Notes: generated by a model from the sequence alone, not told the origin. 64,000 nucleotides of DNA from Cyanobacteria bacterium auto_48_18 (GCA_036170915.1 JAVHQC010000036.1:96001-160000); one strand, 5' to 3'. Counted from the first letter of the stretch, positions 36,191 through 46,334 are shown. Translations and numbers: made by a program.

Positions 36191-36529
36191 ATGCAAAACA
36201 ACCAACAAAGCCTGGCAGAGCTTGAGAAACTGCACAAAGAGGCTACTGCCGAAGCTGATCAAGTCTTTAGCATCCATGGTGACACTGTTGAACTAAGAAC
36301 AATGCGGAGTGGATTAGCTATCATCGAAGAAAAGATTACTGAGTTACGCAGAGAGTTGCAGATTGGCGTTGAAGAGATCAAGAATGAAGTTGAAGAACTA
36401 AGAAATGTTGCCCGAGTCACTCAAGAACATATCAATAAAGATGTTGAAGAGTTGAACACTAGAATGCTCGACGAAATCCACGAAATCGAAAAAGAAGTCA
36501 AAGAATTACGTGACGCAAACGAGCAGTAG
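36191..36529 (+). CDS. Small coiled-coil protein
   Basis: Repeated I-x-x-[E/D/K]-[V/I/T]-x-E-L-[R/N] units. Confidence 0.7.
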   Translation: MQNNQQSLAELEKLHKEATAEADQVFSIHGDTVELRTMRSGLAIIEEKITELRRELQIGVEEIKNEVEELRNVARVTQEHINKDVEELNTRMLDEIHEIEKEVKELRDANEQ

Positions 36530-36567
36530 AGATCCGGCTTACATCCTGATATTGCCTCTCACATAGC

Positions 36568-36599
36568 AAAAAATGGTCTCCAGGGAAACCATTTTTTTT
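36568..36599. terminator. Bidirectional intrinsic terminator between convergent genes
   Basis: AAAAAATGGT...ACCATTTTTTTT. Confidence 0.7.
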
Positions 36600-36647
36600 A
36601 GCAATTTAATTATCCGACGTTCCAATCACTGCTTTAAAGCTTCGACC

Positions 36648-37262
36648 TTAGAGCTTCTGCATGTAGTACTCTGGGTCTTTCAGACCGCCATCTAAAGATG
36701 GCTTTTTGCCGCCGTCAAAAGGCTTACCGGAATTTTGCCACTCGTTTGAGCCCTTGTCTTTGAGGCCGCCGTCAGCTGGAATCTTTGGCTTGTCTGGCGA
36801 GAATTCGAGGGTACCTTCCACTGTGGCTCCAGGTTTGCCGGCAGCAGCCAGTTCTTTCTTCTTCTGAATCAAGTTAGCCTGTTCAACTGCTGTTTCCTTC
36901 TTCATTTTGATCAGCGTGCCATCATCAAGGTCGTCACTTTTCTTTTGACCAATGATGTCATCTTCGCTCATCATTTTCTTTTCTTTCATACCTGAAGAAT
37001 TGTCATTCTTCTCATTTTTGCCAGTTTTGTATGGGTCGTCAAATGTCAAAAATTTGTCGTCTTTAGTGCCACCATCGTGGTTAAGGCTATTCTTCTCTGA
37101 GGAGGCTTTACCGGGAGCATCCTTGAACGTTTTCTCCATGCCTTTCCAAGATTCCACGGCGATGCTACCTAATTTTTCTGACTTCCCTTGTTGATTCTCG
37201 TTTCCTTTAACAGCGGTGTTATCGTGCGATTCAGTTTCAACTAAATTGTTTACTCTGGCCAT
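36648..37262 (-). CDS. Hydrophilic low-complexity hypothetical protein
   Basis: GAGGT SD; K/D/E/G-rich; repeated DGG(L/T)KD. Confidence 0.7.
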   Translation of the reverse strand: MARVNNLVETESHDNTAVKGNENQQGKSEKLGSIAVESWKGMEKTFKDAPGKASSEKNSLNHDGGTKDDKFLTFDDPYKTGKNEKNDNSSGMKEKKMMSEDDIIGQKKSDDLDDGTLIKMKKETAVEQANLIQKKKELAAAGKPGATVEGTLEFSPDKPKIPADGGLKDKGSNEWQNSGKPFDGGKKPSLDGGLKDPEYYMQKL

Positions 37263-37408
37263 GATTGCTTACCTCTAGTAATTTGTCGTTTGATCCACCG
37301 ACCTGGGGCTGTTTGAGCCGGTGTGATGCGCTACGAGAACAAATCTAGAAGAAAGTTATTACGGACTTGTGATTGCGATGTGTCTGGTTTGTAACGGGGT
37401 AAACCTAT

Positions 37409-38830
37409 CTATAGAGCCCGCAGAATACGCACCAACCTATCAATGCCGCGGCCAAAAGCGGCCAGAGGAATGCGTTCGTCTTTGCCGTGCATGGTGGCCA
37501 GGTGTTCGGCGTCTACTTCAATAGGCTCAAACCCATAACTATGTATACCGAGCTCACGGAACCAGTGCGAATCAGTGAACCAAGGCACTACCACCGGTAC
37601 CACAGGCGCTGTCGCACCTTCAGCAGCGTTGGCGGCTTTGATAGCGCGAAACATGTCATTGTCGTAAGGTGATGGGTCACCTTTTTCCCACTCAATCACT
37701 TTAACTTCGATACTCGGATCCCCAATGGTTTGCTTGATATCTGCCACAAACTCTTCTGGCGTTACACCCGGCAGTAGCCGGCAGTCTAGCTCTGCGTAAG
37801 ATTGAGCAGGGATGACATTGGTTTTATAGCCGGCTTTGAGAACAGTAATCGACACGGTATTGCGCAGCATAGAATATTTGAGTTTATCTACTGACAGTTT
37901 TGCTTCTGTTTCTTTCGAAGGGTTCACAGCGGTTTTGGCAATATCAGCGTAAAGATCTTTGAGTGGTCCTGACTCCGTTGCAGCGATAGACTGGAAAAAT
38001 TCTTTGACCGGCGGTAACAATTTCATCTTTGGCGGATTATCAGCAATGCGACCGAGGGCTTTAATCATTCTATTGTTGGCCGAATCACTCATAGGCATAG
38101 AGGCATGGCCAGCCAGGCCGTTGGCGGTCAGTGAAAGCCAAAGAACCGACTTCTCGGCATAATCAACGCCCCAATATTTTGCCTTGCCACCACTTTCGGC
38201 TTCAATTGAATAACCTTCATTCAATAAATATTCCGCATCGCTCACCAGTTCTTTTTTGTTCTTTGCAAACCATTCGGCGCCATAAGTGCCACCCACTTCT
38301 TCGTCAGGAGTGGCAATAAAAATAATATCTCTATCCAGTAATTGACCAGAGCGTTTAATGGCAAGCATAGCAGCCAGTTCAATAATGCCCATGCCTTTCA
38401 TATCGAGGGTGCCCCGGCCCCACAATTCACCATCATGAATCTCGGCAGCGAAAGGCGGGTACTTCCAGTCGCTGGCTTGAGCTGGAACAACATCAATGTG
38501 ACTGAGCAAAATAACGGCTTTCTTTTTACCCGTGCCTTTCAAGCGACCGATTACTATGGCGCGATCTTTTGCCGAGTCAAAGACTTGAGCCTCGATGCCA
38601 TTGTCGCTAAGCACCTTTTGTAAATAGAGAGCGCCTAGCTTTTCATTGCCTGGCGGATTGGTGGTATCAATTTTAATGTAGTTGCTAAGTAGCTTGACCG
38701 CCTGATCATATTCGCTGTCATCGATAGCGCCTTTTATGTTTGCGGCATCAACTAATGCACTGGAGCTCGTGAACAACGTTGTTAAACTAAGTGCCGAAGC
38801 CAAAATTACTCTATTCAAAATCAATGACAA
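37409..38830 (-). CDS. Secreted M20 family peptidase/amidohydrolase
   Basis: SHIDVVPA, GRGTLDMKG, DEEVGG, GHASMP and HGKDER. Confidence 0.9.
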   Translation of the reverse strand: MSLILNRVILASALSLTTLFTSSSALVDAANIKGAIDDSEYDQAVKLLSNYIKIDTTNPPGNEKLGALYLQKVLSDNGIEAQVFDSAKDRAIVIGRLKGTGKKKAVILLSHIDVVPAQASDWKYPPFAAEIHDGELWGRGTLDMKGMGIIELAAMLAIKRSGQLLDRDIIFIATPDEEVGGTYGAEWFAKNKKELVSDAEYLLNEGYSIEAESGGKAKYWGVDYAEKSVLWLSLTANGLAGHASMPMSDSANNRMIKALGRIADNPPKMKLLPPVKEFFQSIAATESGPLKDLYADIAKTAVNPSKETEAKLSVDKLKYSMLRNTVSITVLKAGYKTNVIPAQSYAELDCRLLPGVTPEEFVADIKQTIGDPSIEVKVIEWEKGDPSPYDNDMFRAIKAANAAEGATAPVVPVVVPWFTDSHWFRELGIHSYGFEPIEVDAEHLATMHGKDERIPLAAFGRGIDRLVRILRAL

Positions 38831-39013
38831 TTTGTCCTCACATTGGCGGAAGTTGCAAAGCACGCCGAATCTATATACATTGCGGTAAACCAGTGTAACG
38901 GCAAGATCAGTTTACTTGAAGGCAATGATATGGAATTAGGGTGGCTTATTTGACAGAATGATTAGCTGAGAAGGTCTTTTGACTTTCCATGTGGTTCTGA
39001 AAGGATTATATAA

Positions 39014-39457
39014 ATGACTAAGTCAATTCGTGTTTTGGCCCTCACTGCCGCTGTCGCTCTTTCTGCCTTTGCCCCTTCATGGGCCGAAGATACAACGACA
39101 ACATCAACCACCACCACTACTTCTACCGATACAACCGTTGCTCCGAAAAAATCGATTATGAAAACTATCAAGGCCGATAGCAAAAAAATCGAAACCGGCA
39201 TGGTAAACGGTACTAAGGGCGCAGTTAAAGGTGTCGAGAAAGTAACTAAAGACATCGGTAACGGTACAAAGAAAGCCGCTACAGCTGTAGTGAAGGGCAC
39301 CGAAAAAGTAGTAAAAGACACAGGCAAAGGTCTTCAGAAAATGGGTGCCGGCGCTAAAACTGGCGTTGAAAAAATGACCGGCAAAGGCAAAGTCAAAACC
39401 ACTGCCACCACCACTAACACAACAACTACTACCACAACCGACGATTCAGCTAAATAG
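39014..39457 (+). CDS. Secreted Lys/Thr-rich 11-mer repeat (LEA-like) protein
   Basis: AAGGA SD; signal peptide ending SWA; 11-residue repeats; poly-Thr ends. Confidence 0.75.
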   Translation: MTKSIRVLALTAAVALSAFAPSWAEDTTTTSTTTTTSTDTTVAPKKSIMKTIKADSKKIETGMVNGTKGAVKGVEKVTKDIGNGTKKAATAVVKGTEKVVKDTGKGLQKMGAGAKTGVEKMTGKGKVKTTATTTNTTTTTTTDDSAK

Positions 39458-39487
39458 AAATCAGTCACAGGGAGCAATTGAGGAAAT

Positions 39488-42358
39488 ATGAGAATTAGTG
39501 GCAAAATAAAAAACATTACGGCTACAGCTCTCAGTCTTTCTCTCTTCTTTGCACTATGGGCGGTGCCATCTAGCTTTGCACAAAAAGCCAGAGTGGCACC
39601 GTCTCCTGTTAAAGCCGGTTCCGCGGCGCAGTTTGTCTATCGCGATAAGCTTTTAGGCATCGAAGAATATCGACTGCCTAGCAACGATTTAACCATTTTG
39701 CTTTGCGAAAGGCATGCTACACCCGTAGTGACAGTGAACATGGTCTACCGTGTGGGCTCTCGCAATGAGGCGGTAGGTTATACAGGCTCGACCCACTTCC
39801 TTGAGCACATGATGTTCAAGGGAACAACTGTGCACGACCCCCTGAAAAAAACCGGCCTCGATGATTTACTAAAAAAAGTTGGTGGTATCAATAATGCCAC
39901 CACGTCTTATGATCGCACCAATTATTTTGAACTGGTGCCTAAAGAAGGAATAAATCTTTGCCTCGATCTTGAAGCTGATCGCATGCGCCATTTACTTTTA
40001 CGAGAAAGCGATCGCAAAGCCGAGATGACGGTAGTACGCAATGAACTCGAGCGCGGTGAAGACGATCCTTCGCAGTTGCTTGAGATGAACACTTTTGCGA
40101 CAGCTTTCCGCGAGCATCCTTATCACCACCCGGTTATAGGCTGGCGTACTGATGTAGAAGGAGTGCCTACAGAGCGACTGCGCCAGTTTTACAACGACTT
40201 CTATTATCCGAATAACGCTACTTTAGTAGTGGTGGGTGACTTTGATAAAGCCGCCGCGCTCAAAGAAATTGCCAATAAATTTGCGGCCATTCCCCGATCA
40301 CCAAAGGCTTTTCCCAGCGTCTATACGGTTGAACCGCCGCAAATTGGCGAGCGTCGCTTTACTGTCAGCCGGGGTAAAGAGCTTGCCCGAGTGATGGTGG
40401 CATATCACACGCCCCGTGGTCTCGATCGTGCTACTTATCCGCTTGATGTAATGCAAAGCGTACTGGGCGGCAGTCGCAAATCATCGCGTCTCTATAAGCG
40501 TTTAATCGAAACGGGCCTGGCATCTGATTGTTACGCCGCTAACTATACCCTCAAAGATCCGGCCCTGTTTATTATTTCTGCCACTGTTCAACCAGGTATC
40601 GACCCCAAACTGGTGGAAGAAGCCATTGATAGTGAGGTAAAAAAACTAACTGAGCAACCGATCACAAAAGAAGAATTGCGCCTGGCACACGCATCGCTCT
40701 CAAAACGATTTCGCTTGAGCCTGTCAGACCCTATGGGGCTGGCCCAGTCTATTACTGAAGGCATTTCCGTAGGTGACTGGCGGTGGTGGGCCACTTATGC
40801 CCGCGACGTGCAGACAGCCACAGCTGAAGAAGCGCTGGCCACTGCTAAAAAATATTTTGTCGCGAGCGGTAAAACCGCCGGCTATTATTTGCCCACCGAT
40901 TTTAAAGTCGACCCTGCTGCCATTGCGCAGTTAAAACCGGTGCAAACGGCTCCTGAGACCACCCAGTCTGCTGCTGATCAAATTGAAGTCACATCCCCTT
41001 CCGCCTCATCTGAGTCAGCCAATTTAAAAACATGGCAAGAAAGAGTAGAACGCTTTCGCTTGCCCAATGGCTTAACTGTATTAATAGCCCGAGTGGCAGA
41101 AAATACGAATAGAGATGCAAAAGATTCAAAAGAACCAAAAGACCAGATACGCGGTACTGTTGCCTTCGCTGGTAAAATTCGCGCCGGCGATTATTTCGGC
41201 ACCATAGGTAAAACCGCAGTACCAGGCGTTACAGCTGAACTTTTAAGCTACGGCACGAAAAAATTCACCAAAGAACAAATTGCAGCTCAAATGGAAGAGA
41301 TGGGAATTTCTCTCGATTTTGGCAACGGCACATTTTTCCACGAATTTGAGTCAGAAGTAGCTGCCGAAGACCTGCCTAAGTTAATTAAACTGGTGAGCAG
41401 CGAAATGCGTGAGCCACAGTTCAAGCAAGCTGATTTAGATCTTGTGCTCAAACTCAGTCAGGCCGAAATTAAAGAGAAGCTTACTGATACTGGTGAAGTG
41501 GCCTGGAATAATCTGGTGCGCACTCTATACAAACCAGGTTGCGTTTACTGGGAACCAGAATTGAGCAAACAACTCGATGAACTCTCCACAATTACATTGA
41601 GCGATGTGGAAAAATTCCACGGTCAGTTTTATACCCCCGGCAATACAGTATTGGCTGTAATCGGAGACATAGATCCGCCACAAATAAAGAAAATGCTCGA
41701 AGCAGAATTTGGCAGCTGGCAGGGGGAGACCGCCAAACCAATTGAAGTAAGCGCCAGCGGTTTGATGGAGCGGGCGCCAGGTAGTAAAAGCACGTTTGTC
41801 ACTGAGTTGGCCGATAAGGCCAACGTTGATATTGCCATAGGCAAACCAGTAGACATATCGATGAAATCAAAAGACTACCTGGCTGCCAGCATTGGCAATG
41901 CAGTGCTTGGTTATGACAGTTTTGCCTGTCGATTGGCACCAGTACGTGACCGCCTGGGGCTCACCTATTCCATTTCATCACGAATAACTGAAGGCCATTA
42001 CCCTTATTCACCATGGGCCATTGATCTTTCTGTCAATCCAGCCAATGTAGGTAAGTCAATTACCGTGGTTAAGAAAATTGTTGATGATTTTGCCAGGGAC
42101 GGCATTACCGAAGCGGAGCTGGCTACTGAAAAAGACCATTTAGCAGGCGTCTATCTGGTGGGATTGCGCAGCATTCGCGCCATTGCCAAAAGGCTGACCG
42201 ACTATGAGCAGTTGTCTTTACCGGTTTCGTATATGGATAGTTTTGGCAAAAGAGTAAGGGACGTAAGTCTGAAGGATGTTAATCAAGCTTCCGGCCGATA
42301 CTTCCGTCTCAATGACGCAGTTACTTCGGTTTGTGGTTCAGTGGCAGACGTTAAGTAG
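39488..42358 (+). CDS. M16 family zinc peptidase, exported
   Basis: Signal peptide; HFLEHMMFKG, NATTSYDRT and LEADRM. Confidence 0.93.
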   Translation: MRISGKIKNITATALSLSLFFALWAVPSSFAQKARVAPSPVKAGSAAQFVYRDKLLGIEEYRLPSNDLTILLCERHATPVVTVNMVYRVGSRNEAVGYTGSTHFLEHMMFKGTTVHDPLKKTGLDDLLKKVGGINNATTSYDRTNYFELVPKEGINLCLDLEADRMRHLLLRESDRKAEMTVVRNELERGEDDPSQLLEMNTFATAFREHPYHHPVIGWRTDVEGVPTERLRQFYNDFYYPNNATLVVVGDFDKAAALKEIANKFAAIPRSPKAFPSVYTVEPPQIGERRFTVSRGKELARVMVAYHTPRGLDRATYPLDVMQSVLGGSRKSSRLYKRLIETGLASDCYAANYTLKDPALFIISATVQPGIDPKLVEEAIDSEVKKLTEQPITKEELRLAHASLSKRFRLSLSDPMGLAQSITEGISVGDWRWWATYARDVQTATAEEALATAKKYFVASGKTAGYYLPTDFKVDPAAIAQLKPVQTAPETTQSAADQIEVTSPSASSESANLKTWQERVERFRLPNGLTVLIARVAENTNRDAKDSKEPKDQIRGTVAFAGKIRAGDYFGTIGKTAVPGVTAELLSYGTKKFTKEQIAAQMEEMGISLDFGNGTFFHEFESEVAAEDLPKLIKLVSSEMREPQFKQADLDLVLKLSQAEIKEKLTDTGEVAWNNLVRTLYKPGCVYWEPELSKQLDELSTITLSDVEKFHGQFYTPGNTVLAVIGDIDPPQIKKMLEAEFGSWQGETAKPIEVSASGLMERAPGSKSTFVTELADKANVDIAIGKPVDISMKSKDYLAASIGNAVLGYDSFACRLAPVRDRLGLTYSISSRITEGHYPYSPWAIDLSVNPANVGKSITVVKKIVDDFARDGITEAELATEKDHLAGVYLVGLRSIRAIAKRLTDYEQLSLPVSYMDSFGKRVRDVSLKDVNQASGRYFRLNDAVTSVCGSVADVK

Positions 42359-42412
42359 ATGTTTTAGACCCCTTTAAGTGGGCACAATCCAATTACAGAG
42401 AGATTTGGAGCC

Positions 42413-43108
42413 ATGAGCGAGAAGAAAACAACTAAGTTTACTACCGGAAAGTTCGAAATCGACGGAAAATGGGCGTCTGTACGCGAGACCAAATTTACTA
42501 AAATGGTCTTAGAGACGCGCTTCGACCGGCAAAAATTTAAAGAAACTCGCCAGAAGGAAATGCTCGACAGGCAAAGAAAGCCTATGAGCGATGAAGATCT
42601 GGAAGAGCTTGAGCGCAAATCTCTAAAAGATCCAATTACCGATCTCTACAACCAACGCACTTTTTTGCGCAAACTTGAGTATGAAATTCGCCGGGCCAAA
42701 CGCTACAAGCGGCCTCTTTCTTTGCTGGTTATGTCAGTAGACAATTTGAGCCAGTTGCAGCGCCAGTATGGCCAGATGATTGTCGATGAAGTACAAAGAT
42801 GCGCCTCGAGAATTGTGGGCACTTGCATTCGTGACGTGGATCTTTCTGGCGTTTGCGACGGAACCAGAATTGCAATTATTTTCCCCGAGACTTATTCTTC
42901 AAGAGCTACCATCGTAGCTGAGCGCATTCGTGAACGCATTAAGCAGGAGCCAATCAATAGTGAGATGCGTCATTTGCGCGTGACTGCTTCCATTGGCGTT
43001 GTTTCTTTTCCTACTCACGCTCGCGATGAGCTTGATTTGATGTCTCGGGCGGTAGAGTTTTTGGTTAAGGCTGAAGCAGAAGGCGGCGACCGCGTCCATA
43101 ACGGCTAA
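42413..43108 (+). CDS. Degenerate GGDEF-domain protein
   Basis: DPITDLYN, RDVD I-site; SGVCDGTRI at the GGDEF position; VTASIG. Confidence 0.82.
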   Translation: MSEKKTTKFTTGKFEIDGKWASVRETKFTKMVLETRFDRQKFKETRQKEMLDRQRKPMSDEDLEELERKSLKDPITDLYNQRTFLRKLEYEIRRAKRYKRPLSLLVMSVDNLSQLQRQYGQMIVDEVQRCASRIVGTCIRDVDLSGVCDGTRIAIIFPETYSSRATIVAERIRERIKQEPINSEMRHLRVTASIGVVSFPTHARDELDLMSRAVEFLVKAEAEGGDRVHNG

Positions 43109-43131
43109 AAGCGTGTCTTTTTAGCCTTTCC

Positions 43132-44928
43132 CTATTCAAGCTCTTTCATGGTTTTTTCTTCTGCTGACGGCGGCTTTATTGCCGGAGCCAGCGGCGGCTC
43201 AGCGTCTTGAGTTCCTGGGCTCGGAGCGCCACCTGATACGGCGGCAGTGCCGCTGGCACCACCGTTAGTACCACTGTTAGTGCCAGGGCTGGTGCCACTT
43301 GTGCTACCACTACTAGTGGTGCTGTTCGCCGGTGTTTCAACTTTAGGCGTTTTGACAATCTCAGTTTTCTCAACCCGCTCTTTCTTGCCGATTGGATAGG
43401 TGTTGTAGAGTTTGCCATCAAAATAAACTTTAAATTCGCTGCTGCCGTCGTTGCGCACGCTGGCACCACCGGTAAGGTCAATGCTTTTGCCACTGCGACC
43501 GGCCAGTGGTGGCACAAATTCATCAACCAGGGCCGTTTCTTTGCTCCACAATACTTTGTCGGCCGACTTGCTTTCCACCAGGTCTACTTTCATGGTCAGA
43601 GCGTTAATGGGTGTGTCACCGGGGTTCCAAACTTGCCCAGCGATGTGAGGCATACCACCTTGAATATCAACAGTGACGGTTTTCAAAGTAACAGTAGGAA
43701 CCGTATTGCTCGGATCCACCGATTTTGCTTGTTGCAGATATCCGTATCCGGCATCGAGTTCGCCGGCATCAAGTAATTCTTTGCCGCGCTTTGCCAGTAA
43801 GCTGGCCAATTTGCGACGTACAGCATCATCACGAGTAGAAAAGCGAGATGCTTTGCGCAGCTGATCAATAGCTAGCTCTAATTGACCGGTGCGTTCATAA
43901 ATGTCAGCCGCCATTTGATTGAACCGGGCATTGTCGGCGATGGCATTGAGCTTACCTAAATAAGAGAGTGCCTCTTTGTCTTTCTTCTGCGAAACAAGCT
44001 TCTCAGCCAATCTTTGATAAATTGTAGAAAGCCTGGCGTCTGCCTCACTAAAGCGCGAGCCATCTTTTAATTGTTTGACTTCTTCCCAGAGAGCAAGTGC
44101 TTTTTCAAGGTGGCCATCACGTAATTCTTGATCGCCCCATAGAGCATCGAGATCAGCTAGTTCAGCTTTTTTGCCTGGTATATTTTTTTGTGCCAGAGGC
44201 CGCAGTAGATCTACTGCTTTGTCATAACGCGAATGCACACGATAATAATTGGCTAATTGAGAGGCGAGATCGGGATCTTCGACCACTCCTTTGCCCATTT
44301 GATTGGCTTTAGAGATGCACTCCCAGGCTTTATCTACTTGATCAACACCAACATAGGCACGCGCCAGGGCCAGCATAATTTTGGGGTTGTCTTTATTAGT
44401 GGTTGAAGCTTTATTGAGAGTCTCCACGGCAAATGCATACTGTCCATTTTCTAATTCTTTGAGACCTTTACTGAGCAACCTGTCGTCTTCAGGTGTTTTG
44501 GTCAGAAAGAAAATGGTGGCACCAGCAAAAATAAGCAGGGTGGTCAGACCAAAAAGTACTCCTGCCGTAATTGGCATGCCACTTTTAAGATCAAGTTTCA
44601 TATTGCGCGAACGGCGCTTGCCGCCGGGCTTGTCAAAATCTTGATCAAACTCGACAACAACGTCTTTGCGCGAAACGTCGTAGCGGATTTTTTTGTTTTC
44701 TTGCGACTCTTTCAAAGCTTCTTGCTCTTGCTGCAACTGTTGCTCTTGTTGATTTCTGTCTAGTTGGTCTGTGGACTGTAATTGACTAGAGACGGCCCTT
44801 GCATCTAACCCTTGGTCAGAAGCAGGAGCCGCCTCCAGAATTTCTTCTTCTACATAGAACTCGAGCCCACAAGAGACACAGTTCTCATATTGCGAAGGAT
44901 GATAGGTACCACATTTTGGACAGCGCAT
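43132..44928 (-). CDS. Membrane-anchored TPR protein with N-terminal Zn ribbon
   Basis: CPKC...CVSC; one TM; many TPRs; Ser/Gly/Thr-rich tail. Confidence 0.8.
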   Translation of the reverse strand: MRCPKCGTYHPSQYENCVSCGLEFYVEEEILEAAPASDQGLDARAVSSQLQSTDQLDRNQQEQQLQQEQEALKESQENKKIRYDVSRKDVVVEFDQDFDKPGGKRRSRNMKLDLKSGMPITAGVLFGLTTLLIFAGATIFFLTKTPEDDRLLSKGLKELENGQYAFAVETLNKASTTNKDNPKIMLALARAYVGVDQVDKAWECISKANQMGKGVVEDPDLASQLANYYRVHSRYDKAVDLLRPLAQKNIPGKKAELADLDALWGDQELRDGHLEKALALWEEVKQLKDGSRFSEADARLSTIYQRLAEKLVSQKKDKEALSYLGKLNAIADNARFNQMAADIYERTGQLELAIDQLRKASRFSTRDDAVRRKLASLLAKRGKELLDAGELDAGYGYLQQAKSVDPSNTVPTVTLKTVTVDIQGGMPHIAGQVWNPGDTPINALTMKVDLVESKSADKVLWSKETALVDEFVPPLAGRSGKSIDLTGGASVRNDGSSEFKVYFDGKLYNTYPIGKKERVEKTEIVKTPKVETPANSTTSSGSTSGTSPGTNSGTNGGASGTAAVSGGAPSPGTQDAEPPLAPAIKPPSAEEKTMKELE

Positions 44929-44982
44929 AGATTGAATACCCCTGATAATTCAGGCGAGAAAATACACTCTGCCCACCGGCAT

Positions 44983-45369
44983 CTATTTGATTTCGACCTT
45001 AGCTCCAGCAGCTTCGATCTTCTTCTTCATCTCTTCAGCTTCTTCCTTCTTCACTTTCTCTTTCAAAGGCTTAGGAGCTGAGTCTACGAGGTCTTTAGCT
45101 TCTTTCAAACCAAGACCAGTAACTTCACGAACGATTTTGAGAACTTCGATTTTCTTGTCGCCGACTGATGTCAGAACAACGTCGAATTCAGTTTTCTCTT
45201 CAACGGCAGCAGCACCGCCGGCAGCGCCGCCAGCAGGAGCGAAAGCCATAGGAGCAGCGGCTGTTACGCCAAAAGTTTCTTCCATTTGTTTCTTAAGGTC
45301 AGCGGCCTCAAGAAGGGTCAAGTTGCCGATTACTTCAATGAGTTCAGCGGTTGACATTTTAGTAGCCAT
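44983..45369 (-). CDS. rplL: 50S ribosomal protein L7/L12
   Basis: [33 protein letters not shown]. Confidence 0.98.
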   Translation of the reverse strand: MATKMSTAELIEVIGNLTLLEAADLKKQMEETFGVTAAAPMAFAPAGGAAGGAAAVEEKTEFDVVLTSVGDKKIEVLKIVREVTGLGLKEAKDLVDSAPKPLKEKVKKEEAEEMKKKIEAAGAKVEIK

Positions 45370-45417
45370 TTTAATTATCTCTCCTTGTTACGGTTGTAGA
45401 CAGCTCAAACAATCTGT

Positions 45418-45945
45418 TTAAGCTGCTTCGTCATTCTTCTTTGCGACCTCTTCAACGAGGACAGCAATGTCTCTAATCACTGCGTTCAGGATGCCAGCGA
45501 TATTTCTGGCGCCTGAATCAAGACCACCCATAATGGACGAGAGCAATTGCTCTTTCGATGGTAGTTCGGCAAGACCCTTAACTTCTTCAATAGATAGGGA
45601 TCTACCTTCCAGCACTCCGCCTTTGACGGAACCTTTCTTCATTGTCTTGATGAAATCAACGACAGCTTTGGCAGGTTGTGCAGGGTCATCGTATCCAACC
45701 ACTACGGTTGTTGGTCCCTTCGCGAGTTCGGCGATTGCTTTGAACTCAGTTTTTTCAGTAGCAATTTTCACCAGAGTGTTTTTTGCTACGCGACATTTGG
45801 CCCCTTGTTTATCAAGAGAACGTCTGAACTGAGTCAACTCAGCCACCGTATACCCGTTCAGATCAGCGACGATAGCGACCTTGCCTTCAACAAAGATAGT
45901 CTCGAGGTCTTTGATGACCCCGGCCTTGAATTCTCTGGTTGGCAT
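45418..45945 (-). CDS. rplJ: 50S ribosomal protein L10
   Basis: RVAKNTL, LKGPT-like AKGPT and LAELPSKEQL; GGAGG SD before ATG at 45945. Confidence 0.96.
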   Translation of the reverse strand: MPTREFKAGVIKDLETIFVEGKVAIVADLNGYTVAELTQFRRSLDKQGAKCRVAKNTLVKIATEKTEFKAIAELAKGPTTVVVGYDDPAQPAKAVVDFIKTMKKGSVKGGVLEGRSLSIEEVKGLAELPSKEQLLSSIMGGLDSGARNIAGILNAVIRDIAVLVEEVAKKNDEAA

Positions 45946-46015
45946 TTGGCCTCCTGGAGTCGCCTCCATTGGGATTACGGATGCTAAGTACGCTCATGGC
46001 ATTCGAAAAGTTTTC

Positions 46016-46176
46016 CAAAAAGAAAACCCGACAAATGCCGGGATCACAAGGACGAGATTAGCTCTCGCAAACGACGTTTTAACAAAGTCGAATTTGTGAC
46101 CTCAAGTCGGCGACTCTAAAAGAGTGCATTAAACTCCCGCTATTGCTTTTGGGAGTACCATACTGTCTGCGGCCTT
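46016..46176 (-). promoter_or_regulatory. L10 leader (rplJL autoregulatory RNA) with terminator-like attenuator hairpin
   Basis: Minus strand CCGCAGACAGTATGGT...TTAAT...CCGACTTGAGG resembles the L10-leader core; CCCGGC-attt-GTCGGG-TTTTCTTTT lies before rplJ. Confidence 0.75.
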
Positions 46177-46334
46177 AGTTAAAAGCAGCTAACAAAACTC
46201 AGACTAATTACTTAGATGAGTTCGATCAGATGCAGTTGCGAATTCTCTCGTTATATTGGGGTTGCGTCAAGAAAACTCATTTTGATGTAACAATTTCAGA
46301 CTACATTGGTAAGCACAGAGGAGACCGCGGGGCG

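Noticed and set aside
38962..39516. Val-rich minus-strand ORFs
   Set aside because: Antisense of the Thr/Lys-rich gene at 39014-39457
26782..42358. Inverted M16 genes as ends of a mobile element carrying the copper locus
   Set aside because: DNA similarity is limited to conserved coding motifs; no integrase, transposase or att repeats seen
44987..45987. + strand ORFs over rplL/rplJ
   Set aside because: Antisense of highly conserved ribosomal protein genes
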